A DNA stretch of 64,000 nucleotides from an uncultured archaeon (GTDB lineage: Archaea > Aenigmatarchaeota > Aenigmatarchaeia > CG10238-14 > SCSR01), in assembly GCA_964475145.1 (NCBI GenBank), contig CAYYVK010000001.1:6328-70327 (forward strand). The letters run 5' to 3'. The notes below the pieces were generated by a model. The model worked only from the letters and a program-made list of their open reading frames with translations, had not been told where the DNA came from and did no database searches. Position 1 is the first letter of the stretch; the number at the start of each line of letters is the position of its first letter. Both the position numbers and the translations under genes were made by a program. This document shows, piece after piece, positions 9,012 to 19,356 of this stretch.

Positions 9012-9710
9012 ATAGCAAAGTTAAAAAGGCTTTTAGCACCAAAATACTGGAAAATTCCAAGAAAGAAGTTAGAGTGGGTTGTATCGCCTAGGCCAGGGCC
9101 TCATAAGAAGTTAGAGTGCATCCCCTTGCTAATAGTGGTAAGAGATTTTCTACATCTAGCAGAAACTGGAAAAGAAGCTAAAAGTATAATAAAAAAAGGT
9201 GAAATTCTTGTAGACGGAAAGCCAAGAAAAGACCATGCTTATCCTGTTGGATTGTTTGATGTAGTCTTTATACCTAAACTTAACGAATGTTATAGAGTAG
9301 TTCCAACTTCATACGGCTTAGACTTGTTGAAAATAAATAAGGAGGAGTCTAACTTAAAAATCTGCAAAATCCTAAATAAAACTACTCTCAAAGGTGGAAA
9401 AACACAACTAAACTTGAACGATGGGAAAAACATTATTGTAACTGAAGATGTGTACAAGACTAACGATTCTCTTTTGATCGAGCTACCGAGCTTAAAAATA
9501 GTTCAGCATATTCCACTTGAAAAAGGTTGCACAGGAATTGTTGTAAAAGGGAAGAACTCTGGAAAAGTTTGTGTTGTTGATAAAGTTTACAAAGGTGAAT
9601 TTAGAAAACCTGCTAGAGTATTATGTAAAATTGGAGAAGAAAAAATTGAAACACTTCTGGACTACTTGATTGTCTTGGGGAAGGAAAAACCTCTCATTAC
9701 AGTGATGTAA
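9012..9710 (+). CDS. rps4e: 30S ribosomal protein S4e (eS4); N-terminus extends upstream of first ATG, probable ATA (or other non-ATG) start at 9012 preceded by AGGTGG
   Basis: Open frame from 8988; translated AKLKRLLAPKYWKIPRKKLEWVVSPRPGPHKK matches conserved eS4 N-terminus; first in-frame ATG only at 9126. Confidence 0.75.
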   Translation: MAKLKRLLAPKYWKIPRKKLEWVVSPRPGPHKKLECIPLLIVVRDFLHLAETGKEAKSIIKKGEILVDGKPRKDHAYPVGLFDVVFIPKLNECYRVVPTSYGLDLLKINKEESNLKICKILNKTTLKGGKTQLNLNDGKNIIVTEDVYKTNDSLLIELPSLKIVQHIPLEKGCTGIVVKGKNSGKVCVVDKVYKGEFRKPARVLCKIGEEKIETLLDYLIVLGKEKPLITVM

Positions 9711-10220
9711 ATGGAAGAAAATCCTATGCGTGAAATCAGGATAGAGAAAGTTACTTTAAACATAGGATGCGGCGGAGATTTGCAGAAGATAGAAAGAGCG
9801 AAAAAGCTCTTAGAAATGTTAAGCGGACAAAAGCCTACGGTAACAAAAAGTAAGAGAAGGTCTACTTTTGGAATAGCTAAGGGTAAGCCTGTAGGCGTTA
9901 AAGTTACTCTTAGGAAAAAGCATGCTGAAGAATTCTTTAAAAGAGTTCTACTGGCTGTAGATAAAAAAATTAAAAGGTCTCAATTCGATAGTGACGGAAA
10001 CTTGAACATAGGAATAAAAGAGTACATAGACTTACCAAACGTAAAGTATCAACCTACGATAGGAATACTGGGCTTGGATGTTGCTGTAACTTTTGAGAGG
10101 CCAGGTTACAGGGTGAAAAGAAGGAAAGTAAAAAAAGGAAAAATACCAAAAGAGCATAGAATTAATAAAGAGGATGTGATAAAATTTTTGGAAGAAAAAT
10201 TCGGTGTTAGAATTGAATGA
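9711..10220 (+). CDS. rpl5: 50S ribosomal protein L5 (uL5)
   Basis: 169 aa; KVTLNIGCGGD...; conserved position. Confidence 0.9.
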   Translation: MEENPMREIRIEKVTLNIGCGGDLQKIERAKKLLEMLSGQKPTVTKSKRRSTFGIAKGKPVGVKVTLRKKHAEEFFKRVLLAVDKKIKRSQFDSDGNLNIGIKEYIDLPNVKYQPTIGILGLDVAVTFERPGYRVKRRKVKKGKIPKEHRINKEDVIKFLEEKFGVRIE

Positions 10221-10224
10221 AGAG

Positions 10225-10383
10225 ATGCTTATACTGAGTGCAAACTTGAACGGGATAATACTGGAAAAGGCTGAAATGGAAGAAAACTTTAGTCTTTTCT
10301 ACTCGAAAATATTTGAAAAAATGGAAGAACTGGAAGATTCGGAGCAAGACCTCCTTTACTTGTTAGGAGAGGTAGGTAGCTAA
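10225..10383 (+). CDS. hypothetical acidic 52-aa ORF whose TAA overlaps S14 ATG
   Basis: [52 protein letters not shown]; coupling to S14 start; below ORF-track size cutoff. Confidence 0.2.
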   Translation: MLILSANLNGIILEKAEMEENFSLFYSKIFEKMEELEDSEQDLLYLLGEVGS

Positions 10384-10526
10384 TGCCAAAAAAGTTTGGT
10401 AGAGCTGCTCATCCTTGCAGAAGATGCGGAAGTACACGTGGTGTAATAAGAAAGTATGGACTTTACTACTGCAGGAAATGCTTCAGAGAAGTTGCCAGAA
10501 GCATAGGGTTTAAAAAATATTCTTAG
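10383..10526 (+). CDS. rps14: 30S ribosomal protein S14 type Z (uS14, zinc-binding)
   Basis: 47 aa [47 protein letters not shown] with CxxC...CxxC; follows L5. Confidence 0.85.
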   Translation: MPKKFGRAAHPCRRCGSTRGVIRKYGLYYCRKCFREVARSIGFKKYS

Positions 10527-10543
10527 AAGAACAAATAATATCT

Positions 10544-11410
10544 ATGTTTAGTGAAATTCGTTTTTTAGTTGCTCTTGTAGGCTCGGTCGTTGGTGGAGCT
10601 TACGATTTGAAGACGACTGAAATTCCTGACATAATTCCGCATGCAATGATAATTTTAGCTTTATTTTTAGCTATCGTGGAATCCTTAATTCAACATAGCT
10701 ACTTACCAATATTCTATAGTTTAGTAGCTGGTCTTCCATTCTTAGCTTTTGGTTTCTTGCTATACTATTTCGGACAATGGGGAGGTGGAGATGCCAAGCT
10801 ACTAGCGGCAATAGTATTTTTGCTGCCAACAAAACCTAATTTTCTAAATTTCAATTTCTTGTTACCTTTTCCACTAACTTATCTTTTAAACGTTCTGTAC
10901 GTTGGAGCTGGATACATGATACTTTATGCGTTAGTTCTTGCTTTCATGGAGAAAAAAATACTAAGAGAGTTCTTCAAAAGAGTGGAAGCATCTGCAACCT
11001 TTTTTTCCTTAGTAGCTCTTGCTTGCTTCATCGCATTTTTTGCTACGAACTTGTACTTTACAAGTGTACTTGATTTAGAAAAAGATCTTTTTATCTTGCT
11101 GAGAAATTCTGTATTGCCACTAGTACTCTTTGTTTCTCTAATTCTTCTTTGGAAGTTTGTGAGAGTTGTTGAAGATGTTGGATTTAAAAAAAGAATTCCA
11201 GTAAGTAAGCTAAAAGTTGGTGACGTGTTGCTCGAATCTAAGAGATGGGATGGAATAACAGAAGCCGAACTTAGAAAAATAAAAAAATCTGGCAAGAAAT
11301 TTGTTACAATAAAGACTGGTGTGAGGTTTGGCCCGGTCTTTTCTTTAGCCCTTTTATTCACATTCTTTTATGGAGACGTTACATTTTTCTTAACTAGATA
11401 TTTGATTTAA
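10544..11410 (+). CDS. type IV prepilin/prearchaellin peptidase (A24 family, FlaK/PibD/EppA-like) with extra C-terminal soluble domain
   Basis: Two catalytic Asp motifs in polytopic membrane context: GGAYDLKT (Asp ~21) and WGGGDAKLLAAIVFLLP (Asp ~83). Confidence 0.7.
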   Translation: MFSEIRFLVALVGSVVGGAYDLKTTEIPDIIPHAMIILALFLAIVESLIQHSYLPIFYSLVAGLPFLAFGFLLYYFGQWGGGDAKLLAAIVFLLPTKPNFLNFNFLLPFPLTYLLNVLYVGAGYMILYALVLAFMEKKILREFFKRVEASATFFSLVALACFIAFFATNLYFTSVLDLEKDLFILLRNSVLPLVLFVSLILLWKFVRVVEDVGFKKRIPVSKLKVGDVLLESKRWDGITEAELRKIKKSGKKFVTIKTGVRFGPVFSLALLFTFFYGDVTFFLTRYLI

Positions 11411-12690
11411 CTCTTTGCTAGTCTTTCTATACCATTCATGTATGGTCTGAGTGCCTCTGGTATTATAACACTACCATCCTTCTGTTGATATTGCTCTACT
11501 ATAGCAACTATAGTCCTGCTCGTTGCTAATGCTGTATTGTTTAAGGTATGAACAAAACCCTTAGGAGCTTGACCTGGCTTTTCTCTGTACCTTATGTTTA
11601 GCCTGCGTGCCTGATAATCTGTGCAGTTGCTGTTAGAGCCACTTTCTCTAAACTTTCCGTCGGCCATCCAAACTTCTATATCATATTTTTTTGCTGCTAC
11701 TGTCCCTATCTCTCCAGTACATACATTGACAACCCTATAGTGTAAGCCAAGCTTTTGATAAAGTTCTTCTGAGTTTTTCTGAAGCTCTTCGTGTATTTCC
11801 CAAGATTGCTCTGGTAAACAGAAAACAAATTGTTCTACTTTATTGAATTGATGCATCCTGAATAAACCCCGTGTGTACTTTCCATGCGCGCCTACTTCCT
11901 TCCTAAAGCATGGAGATACGCCGCAAAACTTGAGAGGAAGCTCGTCCTTATCTAGAACTTCATTCATGTACATTGCACCCAGTGGATGCTCTGCAGTAGC
12001 TATCAAGTACAAGTCCTCGTTCTCCACCTTATAAGTGACCATTTCAAAGTCTGTTGGGTCTATCATTCCTTCGTATGCTTTTCTATTTATCATGTAAGGA
12101 GGGTTTATTAGTATGAAACCTTTCTTCAAAAGACTATCTATAGCAAACCTTTGTATTGCTATATCTAACAGCACAAGCTCCTTTTTCAAGTAAAAGAATT
12201 GATGCCCTGCTACCTTTGCGCCTCTCTCCACGTCTATTAACCCTAAATTCTGTAAAATTGTCAGATGGTCCTTAGGCTGGAAATCAAACTTAGGTGGTTG
12301 CCCCCACCTCCTTATTTCGACATTATCGTTTTCGTCTTTTCCATAAGGCACAGAATCGTGTAGAAGGTTTGGTATAGACAACAAAAGAGACCTCTCCTTT
12401 TCCTTTAGCTCTTTAAGCTTTTGCTCTTTTTCTTCTATTTCTTCGGCTACTTTCGACGCTTCTTCCAACTTTTTCTTGAAAGACTTCCCCTCTTTCTTCA
12501 GCTCTGCTATCTCTCTTGTAAGCTCGTTCCTTCTTCGCCTTAGAAGATTAAGGTCTGTCTGAACTTTTCTCCAGAATTTATCCACTTCAACAAGCTCTTC
12601 AAAAAGCTTTAGCTTGCCTGGGTCTCTCCTTTTTTCTAAGTTCTTTCTAACGTAGTCCGGATTCTCTCTAACTAGTTTTATGTCTATCAT
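11407..12690 (-). CDS. serS: seryl-tRNA synthetase
   Basis: 427 aa; N-terminal coiled coil, class II core motifs (FRKE...GTRGL, GSGSALVGPR-like SNCTDYQARR). Confidence 0.9.
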   Translation of the reverse strand: MIDIKLVRENPDYVRKNLEKRRDPGKLKLFEELVEVDKFWRKVQTDLNLLRRRRNELTREIAELKKEGKSFKKKLEEASKVAEEIEEKEQKLKELKEKERSLLLSIPNLLHDSVPYGKDENDNVEIRRWGQPPKFDFQPKDHLTILQNLGLIDVERGAKVAGHQFFYLKKELVLLDIAIQRFAIDSLLKKGFILINPPYMINRKAYEGMIDPTDFEMVTYKVENEDLYLIATAEHPLGAMYMNEVLDKDELPLKFCGVSPCFRKEVGAHGKYTRGLFRMHQFNKVEQFVFCLPEQSWEIHEELQKNSEELYQKLGLHYRVVNVCTGEIGTVAAKKYDIEVWMADGKFRESGSNSNCTDYQARRLNIRYREKPGQAPKGFVHTLNNTALATSRTIVAIVEQYQQKDGSVIIPEALRPYMNGIERLAKS

Positions 12691-12770
12691 CCTACCACTA
12701 ATAGATTTTTAGGAGAGTATTAATTTAAAGAAAGTTAAAGTTTTAATTCTTTCCGGATAAACTTCTAAAA

Positions 12771-13421
12771 ATGGGAAGTGAGTTGAGAGGGGTTATTTAC
12801 GACTTCGACAACACATTAGTACTTACAGATAAATATCTCCAGAAAAAGATTGAAGAGATTTGTAAATATACCAGAAAAGAAATAAGGATAAATAGAAAAG
12901 AACTAGAAACTGGTTCCCATTTGATAAGCTGGCTAAAGAAGTGGCAAATTCCAAAGAGGAAAGCTGAAGAGATATACCTATCTGAAATTCATTCTCTTAC
13001 TCTTGTTGATTGTGCTAGAGAAATGCTAAAGCATGTGCATTCTTTAGACTATCCACAAGGTATTGCCACACATTCACCAAGGTGTGTTGTTGAAACTGTC
13101 TTAGAAAACAATAAAGCACTAGAATATGTAACAAAAATGGTTACTTTTGACGAAATTCTAAAATTGAAGTTAAAGCCTAAGCCTGCGCCTGACACCCTTC
13201 TATGGCTTGCTGACCAGTTGGATGTAAAGCCACAAAATTGTTTGTATGCAGGTGATACGCCTGAAGACATAAAAGCTGGAAAAAGTGCTGGTATGATAAC
13301 TGTTGGTGTAGCTTACGATAAAAATAGAATAAAGAGATTAAGAAAAACTTATCCAGACTTGGGGATAATGACTAGTAGCAAACAACTTTACAACTTGGTC
13401 TGTCTTCTTTTCTCCAGGTAA
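12771..13421 (+). CDS. HAD-superfamily hydrolase
   Basis: motif I IYDFDNTLV; C-terminal GD...D motif (AGDTPEDIKAG). Confidence 0.6.
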   Translation: MGSELRGVIYDFDNTLVLTDKYLQKKIEEICKYTRKEIRINRKELETGSHLISWLKKWQIPKRKAEEIYLSEIHSLTLVDCAREMLKHVHSLDYPQGIATHSPRCVVETVLENNKALEYVTKMVTFDEILKLKLKPKPAPDTLLWLADQLDVKPQNCLYAGDTPEDIKAGKSAGMITVGVAYDKNRIKRLRKTYPDLGIMTSSKQLYNLVCLLFSR

Positions 13422-13456
13422 ATAAATTTATTTACTCTTCACCAAATTATTTACGA

Positions 13457-14071
13457 ATGGTAGAGTTTACAGAAGTTTTAGTTAGCATTTCAGAGTCTTT
13501 TGTAAAATTCTTGCCAAATGTTATAGGAGCTTTGGTGCTTCTTGGGATAGGTTGGTTGATAGGAAGCGTTGTAGGAAGAATAGTAAAAGAAGTAATTAGA
13601 AGGTTAAAGCTTGACGACCTTCTTTTCAAGAAAAAGAAGCCTTTGTTCAAGTTGAGCGATCTTTTCTCAATAATCTTTTCATGGGCCATCTACATTCTCT
13701 TTATCCAAGCTTCTTTTGAAACTCTTGGAGTCCCTGTATTAGTAGAAGCTCTTGGTGCAATTCTTGCATTCATTCCTGGCTTGATAAAAGCAATAATCGT
13801 AGTTATAGCTGGTTATGCTGTTGCAGAGTATGTAAGAGAAAAGATAGAAGAGAGTAAAATTATGTATTCCAACCTTGTAGCAAAAATTATGTTCTTCCTT
13901 ATCATCTACATAGCAGTTGCTACAGCCTTGCCTTCTGTAGGTATAGATGCAAGCCTAATAAACATGATACTGATAATCATCGTTGCTTCGTTTGGTCTAG
14001 GTATAGCAATTGCAATCGGGCTTGGGTTTAAGGATACAGTAGCAAGACTTGCTAAGAAAAAGTTTAAGTAG
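13457..14071 (+). CDS. small polytopic membrane protein (conserved TM-helix/MscS-like N-terminal region?)
   Basis: 204 aa, 4-5 hydrophobic helices. Confidence 0.35.
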   Translation: MVEFTEVLVSISESFVKFLPNVIGALVLLGIGWLIGSVVGRIVKEVIRRLKLDDLLFKKKKPLFKLSDLFSIIFSWAIYILFIQASFETLGVPVLVEALGAILAFIPGLIKAIIVVIAGYAVAEYVREKIEESKIMYSNLVAKIMFFLIIYIAVATALPSVGIDASLINMILIIIVASFGLGIAIAIGLGFKDTVARLAKKKFK

Positions 14072-15341
14072 ACCTTCTTTTCTTCAGCTCTAAAGTCTTC
14101 TCTATAAGAAGAAAATAAGTTGAAATAAACGTTTGTACTCTTGAAATTAGTCCAAAAGGCTCAGGCCCTATTTTTGCCATCCCTTCCGACCTTAAACCGA
14201 CTTTCTCTTCTAACCCATCCAAGAATCTCATGGAAATAATTCTTAAGAGAGTTGAGAGGATGAAGACAAACCATATGCTAGTAAACTCTGCGACCATTCC
14301 TCCAACAAAAGGTGCTACTGCCGAGCTTAAACCAGTTAACATATTGTACATAGCAATAGAAGAAGATCCTTTCTCATGCGGTAGGATGTGTGAAAGATAT
14401 ACGAACAAAGCAGTATCGAAGCCTGCCCAAGAAGCTTGACCTATAAAAGCATAAAGATATACCCAAACTAAACTGTTAGAGATAGCATAGACGAATGGAT
14501 AAAAAGATATTGGAATTATACAGCTTAGCATGACAGTTCTTGTTCCTAAGTAGTCTACTAAAGACCCCCATGGACGATAAAAGATTATACGTGAAATAAA
14601 GCCTATGGCTGAAATTATAGCAACATCCATGATGCTTCCTCCTAAATTTTTCACTATATAGACTGAAAAGAAAGGTCCTGCGATGCTAACTGAAAAATTT
14701 AGGAATGCTATGGCGCCAATTAAATTTATCATTTTTTTGTTTTTTGTTATTTCAAGACAAAACGTTGACTTTAAAACTTCCTTAAAACTCCGAGTAGAAA
14801 GTATTACAGGTTCTTCAACATGAATAAAAACAATCTTGCTGATAATTCCCAGGAAACAAATCATGTAAAAGATGAAGTACACAAAACCAAATTGACGAAG
14901 TATTAAACCGCCTATCATACTTCCTACAAAATATCCTAAACTAGAAGCAGTGTTTAAATTGCCGATCACTTCTCCACGCCTATACTTTGGAGATAGTTGG
15001 ATAAACATGATCGTCCATGCTGGCACTGTGATAGAAGAGAGGATAGACTGGAGAGTTAGCAAAATTATCAAAGTATATACTTCTTTCACAAAAGATATGG
15101 GTATCCAAAAAAGAGACCAAACTATTCCTCCTAGAATGACTAGAAACTTTCTGTTTTTTGCTATTTCCACAACACTACCCCAAAGCACTTGAGAAAGTAA
15201 GCCAGTAATGTTTGGCAAAGATGAGACTAAACCTATTAGAGTTTTCGTAGCACCTAAGGATAGAGCAAACAAAGGTATGAAAGGTGCTATCAGTTCTTCC
15301 GCCAAACCTTGGACGAAAGATGAAACGTAAAAATGTTTCAT
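14064..15341 (-). CDS. MFS-type transporter
   Basis: 425 aa, ~12 TM helices, two-fold repeat. Confidence 0.55.
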   Translation of the reverse strand: MKHFYVSSFVQGLAEELIAPFIPLFALSLGATKTLIGLVSSLPNITGLLSQVLWGSVVEIAKNRKFLVILGGIVWSLFWIPISFVKEVYTLIILLTLQSILSSITVPAWTIMFIQLSPKYRRGEVIGNLNTASSLGYFVGSMIGGLILRQFGFVYFIFYMICFLGIISKIVFIHVEEPVILSTRSFKEVLKSTFCLEITKNKKMINLIGAIAFLNFSVSIAGPFFSVYIVKNLGGSIMDVAIISAIGFISRIIFYRPWGSLVDYLGTRTVMLSCIIPISFYPFVYAISNSLVWVYLYAFIGQASWAGFDTALFVYLSHILPHEKGSSSIAMYNMLTGLSSAVAPFVGGMVAEFTSIWFVFILSTLLRIISMRFLDGLEEKVGLRSEGMAKIGPEPFGLISRVQTFISTYFLLIEKTLELKKRRST

Positions 15342-15415
15342 AGGATTAATTTTGTTCTTTTGAGTTCTTATTCCTGAAGTTAACTTATTCTGAAAGAAAA
15401 GAGAAAATTATTCTT

Positions 15416-16738
15416 ATGGATAAGTTGAAGAGAACGCTCAGTCTTTTTGAAGCTATAATGTATGGTATAGGTGTAATTGTAGGAGTTGGTGTTTATACTC
15501 TCATCGGCAAAGCTTCCGGATTTGCTGGAAATGCTATATGGCTTGCTTTTGTTCTAGGAAGTTTCATAGCTATCTGCACTGGACTAAGCTATGCTGAACT
15601 TTCCTCCATGTTTCCCAAATCTTCAGCAGACTATTACTATGCAATGAAAGCTTTCAGAAATAGGGTCCTGGCCTTTCTCATCTCTTGGCTCTTGATTTTT
15701 GCAGGACTTATGGGAGTAGCTACAGTCTCACGCGGCTTTGGTGGCTATGCTAAAGGACTTACCAATATAGACGAAACTGTACTTTCTATACTCCTTATAA
15801 TCTTTATTTCCTTCGTAGCTATAAGAGGAATAAAGATTTCTTCTACACTCAACGTTTTCCTTGTAACCTTAACTATTTTTGGGTTATTGATTGTTATAGG
15901 ATTTGGAATGAAACACTTCGGCTCAGTAAACTATTTTTATTCACCATACGGAATAAACGGTGTATTACTGGCTGCTCCTATAATCTTCTTTGCCTTTCTA
16001 GGTTTTGAAAATATTGTAAGCATTGCTGAAGAAACTAAGTCACCAAGAAAGAATATTCCAAGAGCAATAATTGGCTCTCTTACAATAACTACAATTCTGT
16101 ATATTTTAGTCTCTTTGTCTATCGTAAGTCTAGTAGGGTGGCAAGCTTTAGCAAATTCAGACGCGCCACTAGCACTAGCAGTAGAAAAGGAAAGCAGACT
16201 AGGAAGCTTTATCGTCTCGCTGATAGCTTTGACCGCAACTTCGACGACAGTCCTTGGCTTGATCATTTACCTATCAAGAATTGTATACGGAATTGCAAAA
16301 GAAGGGTCTTTACCAAAGTTTCTTGCATTAGTTCATCCCACTTACAAAACACCATGGACAGCTATAATCCTTGTTGCAACCTTTTCTATCCTTTTTCTGT
16401 TTTTAGGCGATATGGTCTCTACCGCATCTTTAGCTACTTTTTCAACTTTAACAGCGTTCATAGCTGTTAACCTTGCGGTAATTCGATTGAGGAGGCATAA
16501 CATCCGAAGAAAGTTTAAAGTACCTCTAAACTTTAGGAATTTACCCATCCCATCTCTTCTTGGAATTCTACTCTGCTTTTTTATGCTTTCCAACGTAACT
16601 TTGGAAGTTTTTAAAGTAGGAATCTTGGTAATCCTTACAGGAATATTATACAGCCTCCTCATAGATAGAATACTAAAATGGCTAAAATTTTGGAAAAATT
16701 TAAAACGTGAACTACAGAAAATCTCTAGAAACTTCTAG
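15416..16738 (+). CDS. amino acid/polyamine permease (APC superfamily)
   Basis: 440 aa, 12 TM; N-terminal GVIVGVGVYTLIGKASG... APC signature. Confidence 0.65.
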   Translation: MDKLKRTLSLFEAIMYGIGVIVGVGVYTLIGKASGFAGNAIWLAFVLGSFIAICTGLSYAELSSMFPKSSADYYYAMKAFRNRVLAFLISWLLIFAGLMGVATVSRGFGGYAKGLTNIDETVLSILLIIFISFVAIRGIKISSTLNVFLVTLTIFGLLIVIGFGMKHFGSVNYFYSPYGINGVLLAAPIIFFAFLGFENIVSIAEETKSPRKNIPRAIIGSLTITTILYILVSLSIVSLVGWQALANSDAPLALAVEKESRLGSFIVSLIALTATSTTVLGLIIYLSRIVYGIAKEGSLPKFLALVHPTYKTPWTAIILVATFSILFLFLGDMVSTASLATFSTLTAFIAVNLAVIRLRRHNIRRKFKVPLNFRNLPIPSLLGILLCFFMLSNVTLEVFKVGILVILTGILYSLLIDRILKWLKFWKNLKRELQKISRNF

Positions 16739-17772
16739 TGCTTTATTCCTAGTGACCTATTTGTTTTTTCTATAGATTTAAACTTATCTCTTTCCAGCTC
16801 AAACATCGCTCTTATCGCATCTACGTTCTCTGGCACAACTATAGCTTCCTGATGCACCATGTGTCCCCAATACACATCCTTACCTTTAGCAGCTACAAGC
16901 TCTTCTATCACAGCAACTTCATACATATCGCTCCTTATTCTACCTAAATCTCTAAATTTTTCCAAAATTTTTGCAGTAGAAGTATATCCCTCACTTCCCT
17001 TGAATGTGAGAATTCTAGAACCATTCCTGAAAACTTCCAATAGCTTTTCTGTAGTTGTTTCTTTTTTAACTTTTGCATGAATCATATGGAAGTGTGCAAG
17101 TGTTGTTGGAACTTTGACAGCCATGCTTGTTATGTTTAGGTTTGGTAGAACAGTCTTCACGTCTGGAGCATGGTGTGAAGGAATCTTTAAATCTGGTGTT
17201 ATCGCATTTATTGGACCTTTTTCATCCTCCCACGGGTCTGCTGCTCTTCTTACCAAAGCTGCAAAGACTTCCTCTACTCCAAAGTTTTCCTCTACTGTAA
17301 AAATAGTCCTGACTAGAGAGGTTGTATTACAACTAACAACCCTAACAGAAGTTGCACCAAAAGCCTTTTCATAACTTGCTATTGCTGTAAAGCTTAAGTC
17401 AGCAACATGTGCCTTTTCACCACCCTGAAATACTTGCTTTACCTTGTACTTTTGATAAAGTGGTTTAAGAGTTTCACCTACACCTTCTGAAGTACAATCT
17501 ACAACTACATCCACTTCCCCACTTGCTAGAAGTTCTTCTAAAGTACCGTTCACTATCATTCCTGCATTTCTCATAGCTTCTAAAGAGTTTTGATTAGCTG
17601 CCCAAAGGTCTACGCCGTATAAAGGTGCTCCTGGTTCTAAAACTGTTTTTAAGACGAAAGAAGGAGATCTTGTAGATATGCCGATGAGCTTCATGTCATC
17701 TTGAAGTCTTATTGCATGAGCAACTCTTTTCCCTATAGTCCCTATACCATTAACAACTACTCTCACTGGCAT
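16735..17772 (-). CDS. gap: glyceraldehyde-3-phosphate dehydrogenase, archaeal type
   Basis: MPVRVVVNGIGTIGKRVAHAI Rossmann start, catalytic SCNTTS motif. Confidence 0.85.
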   Translation of the reverse strand: MPVRVVVNGIGTIGKRVAHAIRLQDDMKLIGISTRSPSFVLKTVLEPGAPLYGVDLWAANQNSLEAMRNAGMIVNGTLEELLASGEVDVVVDCTSEGVGETLKPLYQKYKVKQVFQGGEKAHVADLSFTAIASYEKAFGATSVRVVSCNTTSLVRTIFTVEENFGVEEVFAALVRRAADPWEDEKGPINAITPDLKIPSHHAPDVKTVLPNLNITSMAVKVPTTLAHFHMIHAKVKKETTTEKLLEVFRNGSRILTFKGSEGYTSTAKILEKFRDLGRIRSDMYEVAVIEELVAAKGKDVYWGHMVHQEAIVVPENVDAIRAMFELERDKFKSIEKTNRSLGIKH

Positions 17773-17798
17773 GTTTATAATTTTAAACTTTCTTCCTA

Positions 17799-18638
17799 TT
17801 AAGCTTTTATTACGCGAGAAATTTGCTCTATCAGGTCTGTAGGCAGCATTCCCTCCCCGTATTGCTTGGCTGCCAATTCTCCAGCTTTACCGTTTATGTA
17901 AGCAGCTGCACAAGCAGCAATAAATGTCTCAACCTTTCTAGCTAGAATGGCTGCGCATATCCCTGCAAGAGTATTGCCAAAACCAGCTTTAGTCATCAAA
18001 GGAGTTCCTGTCTTGTTAATTGCAACCTCTTTACCGTTTGAAATAACATCTATATGACCTTTAAGTATGATTGTTGCTCCCAACTCTGCTGCAACTTTTC
18101 TTACAGTTTCTGCTCTTTTCTTTAGGTCTGTTGAGACCTTCTTTCCTGACAAGACATAGAACTCAAAAGAATGAGGAGTAAGAACAAAATTTTCTTTTAT
18201 CACTTCTTTGTTTTTGGCAATAGCATAGAGTGCATCATCGTCAATTACACAAGGAACTTTAACTTCCTTCAAGAATTCTGTTATTGCAGAAAGTACATGC
18301 TCGCTTCTTGTTAAACCTCCACCTATCTCTACTGCAGTTCTTTTGTTCAAAATCTCTAAAAGCTTACTAACATGCCTTATCTCTAGAAATTCTCCTTCAA
18401 GAGGATAAGTCATGATGTTTGGCGAATGTGTGGCAATTATTCTTGCAGCTTCTTGAGGTGCAGCAACGGTCACCCAATCCACCCCTGCACGATAAGCAGC
18501 AAGACCAACTAATACAGGCGTTGTTGGGTATATCTTACTTCCACCCACCACAAGAAGATTGCCAAAGTCATGCTTCCTTGCCCAATCAGGTCTTTTCTTG
18601 TATATATGCTTGAGCAAGGATTTACCAACAACTTCCAT
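17799..18638 (-). CDS. ADP-dependent NAD(P)H-hydrate dehydratase (YjeF C-terminal/carbohydrate-kinase-like)
   Basis: 279 aa; GxGNTLAGICAAILARK and GGGLT motifs. Confidence 0.7.
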   Translation of the reverse strand: MEVVGKSLLKHIYKKRPDWARKHDFGNLLVVGGSKIYPTTPVLVGLAAYRAGVDWVTVAAPQEAARIIATHSPNIMTYPLEGEFLEIRHVSKLLEILNKRTAVEIGGGLTRSEHVLSAITEFLKEVKVPCVIDDDALYAIAKNKEVIKENFVLTPHSFEFYVLSGKKVSTDLKKRAETVRKVAAELGATIILKGHIDVISNGKEVAINKTGTPLMTKAGFGNTLAGICAAILARKVETFIAACAAAYINGKAGELAAKQYGEGMLPTDLIEQISRVIKA

Positions 18639-18766
18639 AAGAAAAATTAGTGTTTTAGTAAATATCTACTTTAGTATAATTACTCCTCTTCCCTTCCTCT
18701 TAAAGCCTTTTTTATATCCTTTATACCTTTTTTTCTTTTCTGGCAACTCTATAGTATCGACATCCA

Positions 18767-19348
18767 TCAATATTGTACCCCTTTTGTAGTTGGTATATCT
18801 TTCGGATGTTTAACATCTATTATTTCATTCACAAAATCTGACCTCTCTATAATCTCTTTAGGAGCATACCTTCCTGTTAGGACTAAGTCTGTTCTCTTAG
18901 GAAGTTTTTCTATAAGCTCAAGAAGCTCCTCAACTTTCAGAAGCTTTAGATGCAAAGCCAAGCATACTTCGTCTAGAACCAGTAAATGAGGTTTTTCTTT
19001 CAGCATAATTTTCTTTGCAAACTCTAATCCTCTTCTTGCAAACTCTCTGTCTAATTCTTCCACATTTCTTACTTTAAACGTGGCTTTCCCGTACTTTATC
19101 TTTCCTGTCTTATCATCTATTTTTAACCAACCAGGTCTACCAAACTGGTATATCTTGTAGTAAGGGTAAAGCATTTTTCTTATCTTGTATTCGCCTGTGT
19201 TTTTCCACCATTTGAGAAATTGAATTATAACAACTTTATGTTTGTGCCCAACAGAACGAAGAGCCAGCCCTAAAGCATTTGTAGTTTTTCCTGCGCCAGT
19301 TCCAGTGTATAAGTATACATAACCCATATATCTTATTTTAATCATCAT
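18767..19348 (-). CDS. cobO: cob(I)alamin adenosyltransferase (CobA/CobO/BtuR family)
   Basis: GYVYLYTGTGAGKTTNALGLALRSVGHKHKVVIIQFLK P-loop signature. Confidence 0.75.
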   Translation of the reverse strand: MMIKIRYMGYVYLYTGTGAGKTTNALGLALRSVGHKHKVVIIQFLKWWKNTGEYKIRKMLYPYYKIYQFGRPGWLKIDDKTGKIKYGKATFKVRNVEELDREFARRGLEFAKKIMLKEKPHLLVLDEVCLALHLKLLKVEELLELIEKLPKRTDLVLTGRYAPKEIIERSDFVNEIIDVKHPKDIPTTKGVQY

Positions 19349-19356
19349 AAATTAAT

